A stretch of DNA of 64,000 nt from Geopsychrobacteraceae bacterium (GTDB lineage Bacteria > Desulfobacterota > Desulfuromonadia > Desulfuromonadales > Geopsychrobacteraceae): NCBI GenBank assembly GCA_963662315.1, contig OY759353.1, positions 1,504,001 through 1,568,000 on the forward strand. The letters run 5' to 3'. Under the pieces are notes generated by a model, which worked only from the letters and a program-made list of their open reading frames with translations, was not told the origin of the DNA and ran no database searches. The position numbers were made by a program, and so were the translations under genes. Position 1 is the first letter of the stretch, and every line of letters begins with the position of its first letter. Of this stretch, positions 41,716 to 51,061 are shown piece by piece.

Positions 41716-42294
41716 TAAAACTGTGCTAGAATAGAGTTATAGACCAAATCATGTCAAGTAAATTTATTTTTTCCTTATTTTTCAATATTTTGAAAATATT
41801 ATAAGGGTCAAGCCATTTTCTTCTGGATTTCAAACCTAACCTTGTTGTAAAAAAGCGTCACAGGTAAAGCCACTTTGATCAACTGACCACAAGACCATTT
41901 ATACATCATAAAACTAAAATGTTTTATATTTTTAACAGTTATGATTTGCCACATTGTCAAAACAGCATAACAATAGGCCCGGCAAATCATCGTCCTGATA
42001 GAACGATGACACTTTTGCGGTTCTTAAAAGCTGACTGTAGAAATAGATTTATAAGGTACGTATCAGGCCTAATAAAACTTGGTTCGAAAAAACTGCTACC
42101 CCCATTGGCAGCACTATGGATCTGCTAGAGAGAGATAGGTCCGGATTAGGCAATATGCTGGTTATCAGCCAGTCTTTGGTGGAGGGGGGATCAGCAGATC
42201 CTGCTATTTTTATGAAGAGCTTCAGTTTATGTTTTCTATGGGTCGAAGACATAAAGAAAGCTCATTTATCTATTCATAGTGAAGGAGTTGTTTA

Positions 42295-43896
42295 ATGGCT
42301 ACAGCAATGTCTTTGTTTCCCATCATCCTGCTTATCTGGTTGATGACCAAAAAGAACAACATGCCATCGTTCAGAGCCCTGCCACTGGTTGCTCTGATCC
42401 TCTACATTATCAAGCTTGCGTACTTCAATATGGACGCAAACCTGATAAATGCGACTGTTGTTCAAGGGCTGCTCGTTGCCTGGGTCCCGATCACCATTGT
42501 CTTTGGTGCCATTTTCCTGTTCAAGACGATGGAATATACCGGTGCCATGGACATTATCAGAAACTGGCTGAATGGCATCACCAGTAATAAGGTGGCGCAG
42601 GCTATGATTATCGGTTGGGCCTTTGCCTTCCTGATTGAGGGTGCCTCAGGTTTTGGTACTCCGGCCGCCATTGCTGCTCCGATTCTGGTCGGTCTCGGTT
42701 TTCAACCAGTTCGGGTAGCCATTCTCTGCCTGATCATGAACTCTGTTCCGGTCCACTTTGGTGCCGTCGGTACACCCGGCTGGTTTGGTCTTGGCAAAGG
42801 GGCTAACCTTACTGCAGCTGAACTGTTAGTAGTCGGTCAGAAAGCTGCCCTGATTCACTCAGTCGCGGCCCTGGTTATTCCGGTAATTGCACTGACCTTC
42901 GCTCTGAACTGGAAAACTGTTAGGCGGAACATCGTCTATGTTTATCTGAGTATTTTCGCAACCATCATTCCTTACTTTATCTCAGCACAGTTCAACGATG
43001 AGTTTCCGTCCGTTGTTGCCGGTGCCATCGGTACCGTACTGTCCATTTTCTTTGCCCTGAAAGGTTGGGGGCTTGCCAAAGAAGACAGCGCGGAGACCTC
43101 GTCAAACAATACCCAGACGGGTACCATTATCAAAGCCACTTTCCCGCTTTGGGGAACTGTCGGCCTGCTGCTGATTACCCGTATCAAGCCTCTGGGACTT
43201 AATGCGCTCCTGAAAAGTACGGTTCCAATGTTTGATACTGTCAATCTTGGTTCCCTTGGTAATTTTGGGATAAGCAAAGCCCTGGTCCTGAGCCTCAACA
43301 ATATCTTTGGCACAAACGTCGGGTTTACCTATCAGGCCCTATATATCCCTTGCCTGATTCCTTTTGTACTGATCTCAGTGATCTCCTTTGTCCTGTTCAA
43401 AGCGAATGCAAATATCGCCTCCAGGGTTGTTACCGAGTCGGTAAAACAGATGAAAAACCCTGCCATGGCTCTGCTTGGTGCGCTGGTTTTTGTTCAATTG
43501 TTGAAATTGGGCTCAGCTGAAGTGCAAGCCAATACCATTATTATCGGATCTGCATTTGCCAATGTTTTTGGAGGTGCCTGGTCTTTCCTGGCAGCTTATC
43601 TCGGCTCCCTAGGTGCATTCTTCTCTGGATCCAATACTGTCTCGAACCTGACGTTTGCAGGCATTCAAGCTTCCATCGCCAACCAGCTTGGTCTCGACAA
43701 ACTGACCGTTCTGGCGATGCAGTCAGTTGGTGGTGGCATGGGGAACATGACCTGTATCCACAACATTGTTGCGGTCTGTTCGGTTCTTGGCCTTGCCAGC
43801 TCTGAAGGCTTTATTCTTAAAAGAACAGCTATACCGATGTTTATTTATGGTCTGATAGCCGGTGCGGTCGGGTTCATTATGCTGTCAATGGCATAA
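42295..43896 (+). CDS. lctP: L-lactate permease (LctP/LutP)
   Basis: EGASGFGTPAAIAAP, FGAVGTP, GSNTVSNLTF, QSVGGGMGNM. Confidence 0.92.
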   Translation: MATAMSLFPIILLIWLMTKKNNMPSFRALPLVALILYIIKLAYFNMDANLINATVVQGLLVAWVPITIVFGAIFLFKTMEYTGAMDIIRNWLNGITSNKVAQAMIIGWAFAFLIEGASGFGTPAAIAAPILVGLGFQPVRVAILCLIMNSVPVHFGAVGTPGWFGLGKGANLTAAELLVVGQKAALIHSVAALVIPVIALTFALNWKTVRRNIVYVYLSIFATIIPYFISAQFNDEFPSVVAGAIGTVLSIFFALKGWGLAKEDSAETSSNNTQTGTIIKATFPLWGTVGLLLITRIKPLGLNALLKSTVPMFDTVNLGSLGNFGISKALVLSLNNIFGTNVGFTYQALYIPCLIPFVLISVISFVLFKANANIASRVVTESVKQMKNPAMALLGALVFVQLLKLGSAEVQANTIIIGSAFANVFGGAWSFLAAYLGSLGAFFSGSNTVSNLTFAGIQASIANQLGLDKLTVLAMQSVGGGMGNMTCIHNIVAVCSVLGLASSEGFILKRTAIPMFIYGLIAGAVGFIMLSMA

Positions 43897-43914
43897 TCCC
43901 CTCCATGCTTTAAC

Positions 43915-43954
43915 AAAAAAGCCATCTTCCTGTTTTGGGAAGATGGCTTTTTTT
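43915..43954. terminator. Bidirectional terminator between lctP and hisI
   Basis: A6-GCCATCTTCC...GGAAGATGGC-T7. Confidence 0.88.
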
Positions 43955-43980
43955 GTTGCGCGATTCAAATAAAGAACCGT

Positions 43981-44388
43981 TCACACATGCGTCAACCTTT
44001 TATTGGTCAAATCCAGACACCGATAAAAGCAGCTCTCCCGCGTAAGTCCAGTCTGAGGATTTCTGGTATGACATGCGCCCCCCCCTTGGGGCTCAACTTT
44101 ATAAATCAGGGCATCCTGATCACAATCAATCAGAATCTCAATAATCTTCAAATAGTCGCCAGACGTCTCGCCTTTAGTCCACAATTCATTGCGCGACGTT
44201 GACCAGAAGGTTGCCATCCCTTTTTCAAGAGTCACCTGCAATGCCAGTTCGTTGACATAGGCCAGCATCAGAATACGACCATCGTTGATGTCCTGAACCA
44301 CCGCAGGAACGAGACCTCCACGTTTTTCATAGTTAATGCAGAGAGCACTCCCCTCTTCAAGGTCCTGTTTATCCATATCAACCTCCAT
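43981..44388 (-). CDS. hisI: Phosphoribosyl-AMP cyclohydrolase
   Basis: GLVPAVVQD, FWSTSRNELWTKGETSG, DCDQD, ACHT, SCF. Confidence 0.93.
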   Translation of the reverse strand: MEVDMDKQDLEEGSALCINYEKRGGLVPAVVQDINDGRILMLAYVNELALQVTLEKGMATFWSTSRNELWTKGETSGDYLKIIEILIDCDQDALIYKVEPQGGGACHTRNPQTGLTRESCFYRCLDLTNKRLTHV

Positions 44389-44561
44389 AACTCCAGGATC
44401 ATTTTATTTTTATTAGTTCCATATGCGCATTCTGACAGTTGCAAGTCAAAACAGCAACGATAGTTTAAACACGAATAAGGAAATACCATAAACGGTTTTC
44501 GTATGGCCAGAATGAGGGCAAGGAAATCAGGGATAAGTCAGTTATACCCATGATAATACGC

Positions 44562-44597
44562 AAAAAGAGGTACCCCTTTGATAAGCGGTACCTCTTT
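44562..44597 (-). terminator. Terminator after the Gly-rich gene
   Basis: AAAGAGGTACC...GGTACCTCTTT stem with a T run on the minus strand. Confidence 0.7.
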
Positions 44598-44623
44598 GTT
44601 TTCTGATCACCAGAAGCTTCTTA

Positions 44624-45067
44624 CTAACTAAGTTCGACCAGGCAGTCACCGGTGCCCGGACCAAAGCCGGTGCCGTCAGCAGGGCCGTCACCTATACCGG
44701 TACCATCTCCGGGCCCATTACCACCATTTTCCCCAGAGCCATTACTGCCATCAGAGCCACTGCCGTCGCAATCGTCACTACCAGCACTCTCCCCTCCACT
44801 ACCGTTACCATTGCCACCGCCACCGCCACCGCGCACCAGCAGTATGGTGCCTTGGGGGAAATCCAGCACAGAGGTCAAAGAACAGTCCCCGGGGCCATAA
44901 CCTCCTGTACCGTCACCAGTACCTGTTCCATCGCCATGGCCATGGCCATGGCCATGACCATTCCCAGCCCAAACCGGCAAAGCAGTCAATAATACGATAC
45001 TGATAATGGTAAGAATTTTTACAAGTTTTTCACTGCGTAGTGCGTATTTCATTGTCATATCCTTCAC
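44624..45067 (-). CDS. Secreted Gly/Asp-rich hypothetical protein
   Basis: Signal peptide ending VWA, (GH)4, repeated GDGTG...GPG..DC; has its own terminator. Start could also be 45058 or 45052. Confidence 0.7.
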   Translation of the reverse strand: MKDMTMKYALRSEKLVKILTIISIVLLTALPVWAGNGHGHGHGHGDGTGTGDGTGGYGPGDCSLTSVLDFPQGTILLVRGGGGGGNGNGSGGESAGSDDCDGSGSDGSNGSGENGGNGPGDGTGIGDGPADGTGFGPGTGDCLVELS

Positions 45068-45145
45068 TCCCTCTCGCTAAGCCGGCAACGGTCAACTTAA
45101 ACCATTTCAAGTTCACAGCCACCGCGCTGTCGTCATTTGTCTCTA

Positions 45146-45174
45146 AAAACGACTCAGGCATGAAAAGGTTGACA
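45146..45174 (-). promoter_or_regulatory. Candidate ECF sigma promoter
   Basis: Minus strand tgtcAAC-N16-CGTTT. Confidence 0.4.
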
Positions 45175-45212
45175 ATAAAATAATATTTTTTTAGTCGGGC
45201 CCGACGTATTTG

Positions 45213-47189
45213 TCAGTCAAAGGCAATAAGCCCACTCATTCCGTCATCCGCTGCCCTGATATAGTTGGGGAAATCGGCTTCGTCCATGCGAGACATTTCG
45301 CCTAAAGTCACCGTTTTCAAGGTATCTATTTCCATATCACAGGTATTGTAGGTGGTATTGTAAAAGGAAATGCGCTTTTCCTCCTTTAACCCCATGGCAA
45401 GAAGCTGTCTTGCTCCCTGCTTAATCAGTTTGAACTTTGCATACAGATCGTCAAGCGACTGAACAGTCCAGACCCCCAGATAAATCGGACTATGCACATT
45501 GCGCAAATCGCCAACCAGTTCACCCCGTAACAGTACATCGCGCTCTTTGTGCAGATAGGGAACAAAATCAGCGTGCTCCGCCAGTTTTCTGTCGGTGGCA
45601 AAAAAGCGGCCCGTCTCCGGGTCAAGGGTGAAAATCATGGTCCTGTCAGTTGCCTGACCATAGCTCTGGAATAGGACATCTCGAAACTTGTGAAAAGGCA
45701 CATTACGCAGAATACAGGTTTCAAATTTATTGATCCGGCGTGTGATGCCAAGCAACCAGGAGCGAATCGAGTGATTATCGATGCGACAGCGCCCCAACTC
45801 TTCTTTAAGAAAATCGAAGGACTCACCACCAAAACGATAACGCATCACACTATGAAAGATATTTCGGATATTGTTGTAACGGCTAAAATGGTACATCAGG
45901 TCGTAACTGAATATTTCCATCTGCCGTAACTGCCAGATAAATATGGTAATGTCTTTACTACTGGTCTCGGGAGTCAGTCGCGATTTTTGTGTTGCTTTGA
46001 TCATTCTGACGTAATTAGTACTCAGCTCATCCAAAAGTGCGGTATTGCGCGTGGTGCTCTTTTTCAGGGTTATTTCCCAGGAAGTTCCTTCCCCTTCAAC
46101 ACTACTGACCCTTACATGGTCACGGCCAAAAGCATCAAAAACCTGCTGACTCCCCTCACCTTCCCCCGCGTTGTCACCCGTTTTTGTTGAAGTGCCGACA
46201 AAAAGCGGAAGACCGCTCGCACCAATCTGCAGCCGCTTTGCCGGGATTCCGATACCGTTGTCTGTAATCGTCAGGATCACATTGTCATCCCGCTGTTTTA
46301 GATTGAAATCAATGCGTCCCGGTCGCTTGGCCACCTTGATGGCATCAAGAGCGTTGGCCACGATATTGATAAGAGCCCGACTGCAGCGAAGATAGCTGCA
46401 GCTTACCGAGTCAATGCGTGAAGCAAGCATCAGTCGCACCTCACAATTGCTGTCTACCGCTTCAATAAAGGGGATCACCCGTTCGAGGATGAGTTCCTTG
46501 AACGAGACCTTATGAGACAGGTGAATCTTATCTTCATACATATTGAGTGTATTCAGCATCGAGGTGGTTTCGCGATTGATATCCTCAGCAACCTGATTGA
46601 AGTTGTCAACGGACAGCATTGATGTCATATCTAACAGGACTCTCAGGGATTTCTTTACGTCATGCCGGACTCGGGACAATTCCTCAACCACGGTCACCTC
46701 CGGCCGAACAGCTGAATCAAGTTTTTGACACAGCTCCTTCGCCTTCACCGACATTTTGTGAAAACGCATGCGTCTGAAAACAATCAGATCGTCTATAATG
46801 AACCCTCGCGCCTTGAAAAAATCAATAGAGCTGAGCAACTTCTCCCAGACATAAAGATAGATATTGGCCTCGGCCACAACCGTATGACAGAGGCAGCCCA
46901 GAAACGCTGATCCGATCCCTTTGTGACGGCCAAAAGGATTGGTTACCAGATTATAGATATGGAATGTTTGCCGGTCTGGTGTCGCATAGACAAGCAGATA
47001 GCCGAGAAGCTCCCCCTGTTCATCCCAGACAAAGCTGTGTTCGTAATCGATATCAAGGGCCGTGTCTTGAACATATGGAGATGGAATAACCAAGTTGTCA
47101 ATGTTCAACAGAGGGGATTGACGAATGGACCGTTCGTAGCTGACTGTCAACTTCTTAATATGGGGATACTTTTGCGGACTCCATGGCAT
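45213..47189 (-). CDS. GNAT acetyltransferase - histidine kinase/HATPase fusion with an unknown C-terminal domain
   Basis: GNAT motif A (PFGRHKGIGS) and FFKARGF; H-box-like RHDVKKSL; N-box NIVANALDA; DNGIG; GEGEG; VSSVEGEGT. Confidence 0.75.
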   Translation of the reverse strand: MPWSPQKYPHIKKLTVSYERSIRQSPLLNIDNLVIPSPYVQDTALDIDYEHSFVWDEQGELLGYLLVYATPDRQTFHIYNLVTNPFGRHKGIGSAFLGCLCHTVVAEANIYLYVWEKLLSSIDFFKARGFIIDDLIVFRRMRFHKMSVKAKELCQKLDSAVRPEVTVVEELSRVRHDVKKSLRVLLDMTSMLSVDNFNQVAEDINRETTSMLNTLNMYEDKIHLSHKVSFKELILERVIPFIEAVDSNCEVRLMLASRIDSVSCSYLRCSRALINIVANALDAIKVAKRPGRIDFNLKQRDDNVILTITDNGIGIPAKRLQIGASGLPLFVGTSTKTGDNAGEGEGSQQVFDAFGRDHVRVSSVEGEGTSWEITLKKSTTRNTALLDELSTNYVRMIKATQKSRLTPETSSKDITIFIWQLRQMEIFSYDLMYHFSRYNNIRNIFHSVMRYRFGGESFDFLKEELGRCRIDNHSIRSWLLGITRRINKFETCILRNVPFHKFRDVLFQSYGQATDRTMIFTLDPETGRFFATDRKLAEHADFVPYLHKERDVLLRGELVGDLRNVHSPIYLGVWTVQSLDDLYAKFKLIKQGARQLLAMGLKEEKRISFYNTTYNTCDMEIDTLKTVTLGEMSRMDEADFPNYIRAADDGMSGLIAFD

Positions 47190-47240
47190 AAAAACTCCTC
47201 CGGCTCACCTGCGTAGAAAAAGAGAGATTTTTATTCTAAC

Positions 47241-47276
47241 AAAAAAGCGGAGAGTTTTGACACTCTCCGCTTTTTT
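47241..47276. terminator. Terminator after hcp
   Basis: AAAAAAGCGGAGAG...CTCTCCGCTTTTTT. Confidence 0.85.
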
Positions 47277-47301
47277 CCACCACAGTTATGTATCAGCAGG
47301 C

Positions 47302-48933
47302 TCAGTTTCCTGCAACAATGGCTGCGACATCTCCGGCGACATCTCCAATCGGTTTAATGTCGAAATTATCCACCAGTACCTTGGCTACGTTAGGAGACAG
47401 GAAAGCAGGCAATGTAGGCCCAAGGCGGATATGCTTGACCCCAAGGTGCAACAGTGCCAGCAGCACAACAACCGCTTTCTGCTCATACCAGGCGATATCA
47501 TACGATATCGGCAGATCATTGATATCTGCAGCACCGAACACTTCTTTAAGCTTCAGAGCGATATATGCCAGAGAATAACTGTCATTACACTGACCAGCAT
47601 CCAGAACCCGTGGGATACCACCAATATCCCCCAGTGCAAGTTTATTATAACGATACTTGGCACACCCTGCGGTCAGGATAACTGTATCCTGTGGCAATGC
47701 TTCGGCAACTTCCGTAAAATAATTACGCTCTTTATGGCGGCCATCACAACCTGCCATCACCACAAAACGTTTGATCGCTCCACTTTGAACGGCTTCTACA
47801 ACTTTATCCGCCACCGCCATGACCTGAGCATGAGCAAAACCACCGACAATCTCACCCGTCTCAATCTCAACCGGGGGAGCACAGGTTCTAGCCTGCGCGA
47901 TTATTTCCGAGAAATCTTTACTCCCCCCTTCGGTACGTTCACCAACATGCTTGACACCTGGCCAACCAGCCATTCCAGTCGTGTAGATACGATCCTTATA
48001 GGCCTCTTTGACCGGAGTAATACAGTTGGTTGTCATCAGGATCGGGCCATTAAATGAGGTAAACTCCTTATCCTGTTGCCACCAGGCATTACCATAGTTA
48101 CCGACGAAATGCCCGTATTTTTTAAAAGCAGGATAGTAGTGGGCAGGTAGCATTTCACTGTGGGTATAGACATCGACGCCAGTCCCTTCCGTCTGCTTGA
48201 GCAATTCCTCCATATCCTTGAGATCATGACCTGAAATCAGGATACCCGGATTATTCCGCACGCCGAGATTGACGGTAGTCACTTCTGGGTTACCATAGGT
48301 TGTCGTATTGGCTTCATCAAGCAGCGCCATCGTGGTTACAGCAACCTCACCACATTTAAGCACCTGACCGACCATCTCTTCCACACTTAAGTCTCTGGTT
48401 GTGGTAGCCAGCGCGCTAATCATGTAATCGTAAATCTCTTGCTTCTGGAAGCCGAGCATTGCCGCATGGTCTGCATAAGCAGCCATCCCTTTCAAACCAT
48501 AAATCAACAGCTCACGTAAAGAGCGCACATCTTCATTGGCTTGTGACAACACACCAACCTCAGCTGCCTTGGCAGCATAATCAGCTTCCTCACCGTTCCA
48601 GCACACACAATCCAGATCACTGCTATAGCCAGTAGCCAATTTCAAGGCATCCCTTTTCGCTATGGCCGCTTTTATTAGATCTATAAAACGAAGATTGTCA
48701 AAGTTTGCATTCGTAATCGTCGCAAACAGTGCCTGACAAATGAACAGACCTGTCTCAGCCGGCAGTGTACCCTGCTTTCGTGCCTCTTCGGCAACCACAG
48801 CCAAGCCTTTTAAATTATATACGAGAAGATCCTGTAAACCAGCGGTGTCAGCTTTTTTGCCACAAGCGCCAGCAACACTGCAACCTGTTCCCTTTGCGGC
48901 TTCCTGACACTGAAAACAAAACATACTCATCAT
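47302..48933 (-). CDS. hcp: Hybrid cluster protein (hydroxylamine/NO reductase)
   Basis: MFCFQCQE...[53 protein letters not shown]. Confidence 0.97.
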   Translation of the reverse strand: MMSMFCFQCQEAAKGTGCSVAGACGKKADTAGLQDLLVYNLKGLAVVAEEARKQGTLPAETGLFICQALFATITNANFDNLRFIDLIKAAIAKRDALKLATGYSSDLDCVCWNGEEADYAAKAAEVGVLSQANEDVRSLRELLIYGLKGMAAYADHAAMLGFQKQEIYDYMISALATTTRDLSVEEMVGQVLKCGEVAVTTMALLDEANTTTYGNPEVTTVNLGVRNNPGILISGHDLKDMEELLKQTEGTGVDVYTHSEMLPAHYYPAFKKYGHFVGNYGNAWWQQDKEFTSFNGPILMTTNCITPVKEAYKDRIYTTGMAGWPGVKHVGERTEGGSKDFSEIIAQARTCAPPVEIETGEIVGGFAHAQVMAVADKVVEAVQSGAIKRFVVMAGCDGRHKERNYFTEVAEALPQDTVILTAGCAKYRYNKLALGDIGGIPRVLDAGQCNDSYSLAYIALKLKEVFGAADINDLPISYDIAWYEQKAVVVLLALLHLGVKHIRLGPTLPAFLSPNVAKVLVDNFDIKPIGDVAGDVAAIVAGN

Positions 48934-49009
48934 TAATCTCCCTTATGTTGGTGTTGAAATGACATAATTTCTTGTGCCCCAACTATCCCATAAGCTTCCT
49001 AAAAAAAAA

Positions 49010-49023
49010 TTGACCCAAATCAA
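49010..49023. promoter_or_regulatory. Crp/Fnr-family (HcpR-type) box, hcp-proximal
   Basis: TTGAC-ccaa-ATCAA. Confidence 0.7.
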
Positions 49024-49054
49024 TTTTGACAATTTTAGTTATTTTTTCATATTC

Positions 49055-49068
49055 TTGATCTGGATCAA
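49055..49068. promoter_or_regulatory. Crp/Fnr-family (HcpR-type) box, proximal to the divergent operon
   Basis: TTGAT-ctgg-ATCAA, a perfect FNR-type palindrome. Confidence 0.75.
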
Positions 49069-49123
49069 TTTAATTTTCACATCCCGACTCTATATTCGCA
49101 ACAACGAGTAAGGAGATTTCATT

Positions 49124-50353
49124 ATGACGACAACCATTCATAAAGATATGACCATTAAAGAAGTTCTTGAACACTGGCCAGAGACACTGGATGTTTTTAT
49201 CGCCAACGGCTTTGAAAATTTTCGGGATGAGAAGCAGCGTAATGCCGTAGCAGGCTTTCTGAAAATAGAACGTGCCGCGCAAACAAAACATTACGATCTC
49301 GACAACTTCATCGGCCTGTTGCAGCAAAAAATTGATGAAGCATTGAATGTAGCCGATGTCACAATGAAAAAGACGGCTAAAGAAAATAGCGAAATCATCG
49401 TAACCGGACTGCTCCCCTGCCCGGTGCGACTTCCTCTGCTAGAAGGATTTGACGCCTATATTGAAGAATATACCAGAACCACCGGTCACCAGGTCAGCTA
49501 CAAGCTGGAAGCGGCCTCCGTTGGTGCCGACTGGATAGAGGATAATATCAAGGGAATCAGCGATCCCCAACGGTTGCCAGACCTGTTCATTTCTGCTGGG
49601 TTTGAAACCTTTTTCGATCAGCAAACCATCGGTCGCTTTAAAGACCAGGACGTCTTTACGGATATCACATCAGCAACCGTCAACCATGATTTCGATGGCA
49701 TTCAGCTCAAGGATCCAAAAGGTGATTATTCAATTATTGCCGCTGTCCCAGCCGTTTTTATGGTTAATCATGACGTGCGCGGCAACCTGCCGATCCCCAA
49801 AACCTGGAGCGACATCTTGCAGCCGGAATTTGCCCAGCAGGTTGCCCTGCCGGTAGGGGACTTTGACCTGTTTAACGCGATTCTCCTGTCATTGTATAAA
49901 GAGCACGGAGAAGAGGGGATAAAAGCTTTGGGCCGTTGTATGCTTAAATCAATGCATCCTTCGCAAATGGTCAAGAACGCCAAACGTGTCGCCGAAGAAA
50001 AGCCTTACGTGACGATCATGCCCTACTTCTTCACCAAGATGGCAAAAATGGTTTCCAGCCTGGAGATTATCTGGCCCGAAGATGGTGCGATTATCAGCCC
50101 GATTTTTATGCTGACCAAGCAGTCCAGCCTAGCCAAGGTTCAACCGATTGCTGAGTTTCTATCCGGGCAGGCGGTCGGGGAAATTCTAGCTCATAGAGGC
50201 TTATTCCCATCCCTTAATCCAGAAGTCGACAACCAGTTGAATTTTCCTCACCCGTGGAGATGGATTGGCTGGGATTATATCTACCAGAATGATATCGGGG
50301 ACCTGATCCGCCGTACCAACGACATCTTTGAGACCTCAATGAACGCGGGATAA
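49124..50353 (+). CDS. DUF1858-like domain fused to an ABC-type solute-binding fold, with no signal peptide
   Basis: N-terminal IHKDMTIKEVLEHWPETLDVF..NG; later PKTWSDILQPEF and IIWPEDGAIISP, typical of cluster D/F binding proteins. Confidence 0.75.
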   Translation: MTTTIHKDMTIKEVLEHWPETLDVFIANGFENFRDEKQRNAVAGFLKIERAAQTKHYDLDNFIGLLQQKIDEALNVADVTMKKTAKENSEIIVTGLLPCPVRLPLLEGFDAYIEEYTRTTGHQVSYKLEAASVGADWIEDNIKGISDPQRLPDLFISAGFETFFDQQTIGRFKDQDVFTDITSATVNHDFDGIQLKDPKGDYSIIAAVPAVFMVNHDVRGNLPIPKTWSDILQPEFAQQVALPVGDFDLFNAILLSLYKEHGEEGIKALGRCMLKSMHPSQMVKNAKRVAEEKPYVTIMPYFFTKMAKMVSSLEIIWPEDGAIISPIFMLTKQSSLAKVQPIAEFLSGQAVGEILAHRGLFPSLNPEVDNQLNFPHPWRWIGWDYIYQNDIGDLIRRTNDIFETSMNAG

Positions 50354-50363
50354 AGGAGAGAAT

Positions 50364-51047
50364 ATGCGTTTTCTGACTGTATCGGGACCTCCTTCATCAG
50401 GAAAGACCTCAGTGATTCTCAGGGTTATCGACGCCCTGCAGGCACGCCAACGTAAGATTGGTGTGGTTAAATTTGACTGTTTATTAACAGAAGACGATCA
50501 ACGCTATCTGCAAAAAGGGGTGCTGGTCAAAAAAGGACTATCAGGAGCTTTATGCCCGGATCACTACTTTGTCAGCAATATTGAGGCATGTGTCACATGG
50601 GGGCTGGAAAACAGTTGTGAGTACCTCATCAGCGAAAGTGCCGGCCTATGTAACCGCTGTTCTCCTCATATCAACGAAATCACCGCTGTCTGCGTTATTG
50701 ACAACCTGAGCGGAATCAATACGCCACGTAAAATCGGTCCGATGCTCAAATCCGCCGACATCGTTGTTATTACCAAGGGGGATATTGTCTCCCAGGCTGA
50801 GCGGGAAGTGTTTGCCTCCCGCGTCAAACAGGTCAATCCCGGAGCGATCATAATGCATGTCAACGGAATCACCGGTCAGGGGGCCTTTGAATTGACCAGT
50901 CTCTTTGAAGAGGCCTCTGATATCGAATCGTTAAAAGGAAAAACCTTACGCTTTTCCATGCCGTCAGCATTATGTTCCTATTGCCTGGGGGAAACCCGGA
51001 TTGGAGAGGAACACCAGACCGGCAATATCAGGAAAATGGATATCTGA
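50364..51047 (+). CDS. HypB/UreG/CobW-like (G3E) GTPase, Cys-rich
   Basis: SGPPSSGKT, LCPDH, ESAGLCNRC, TKGD, C-terminal CSYC. Confidence 0.82.
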   Translation: MRFLTVSGPPSSGKTSVILRVIDALQARQRKIGVVKFDCLLTEDDQRYLQKGVLVKKGLSGALCPDHYFVSNIEACVTWGLENSCEYLISESAGLCNRCSPHINEITAVCVIDNLSGINTPRKIGPMLKSADIVVITKGDIVSQAEREVFASRVKQVNPGAIIMHVNGITGQGAFELTSLFEEASDIESLKGKTLRFSMPSALCSYCLGETRIGEEHQTGNIRKMDI

Positions 51048-51061
51048 ACAGGATCATCATT

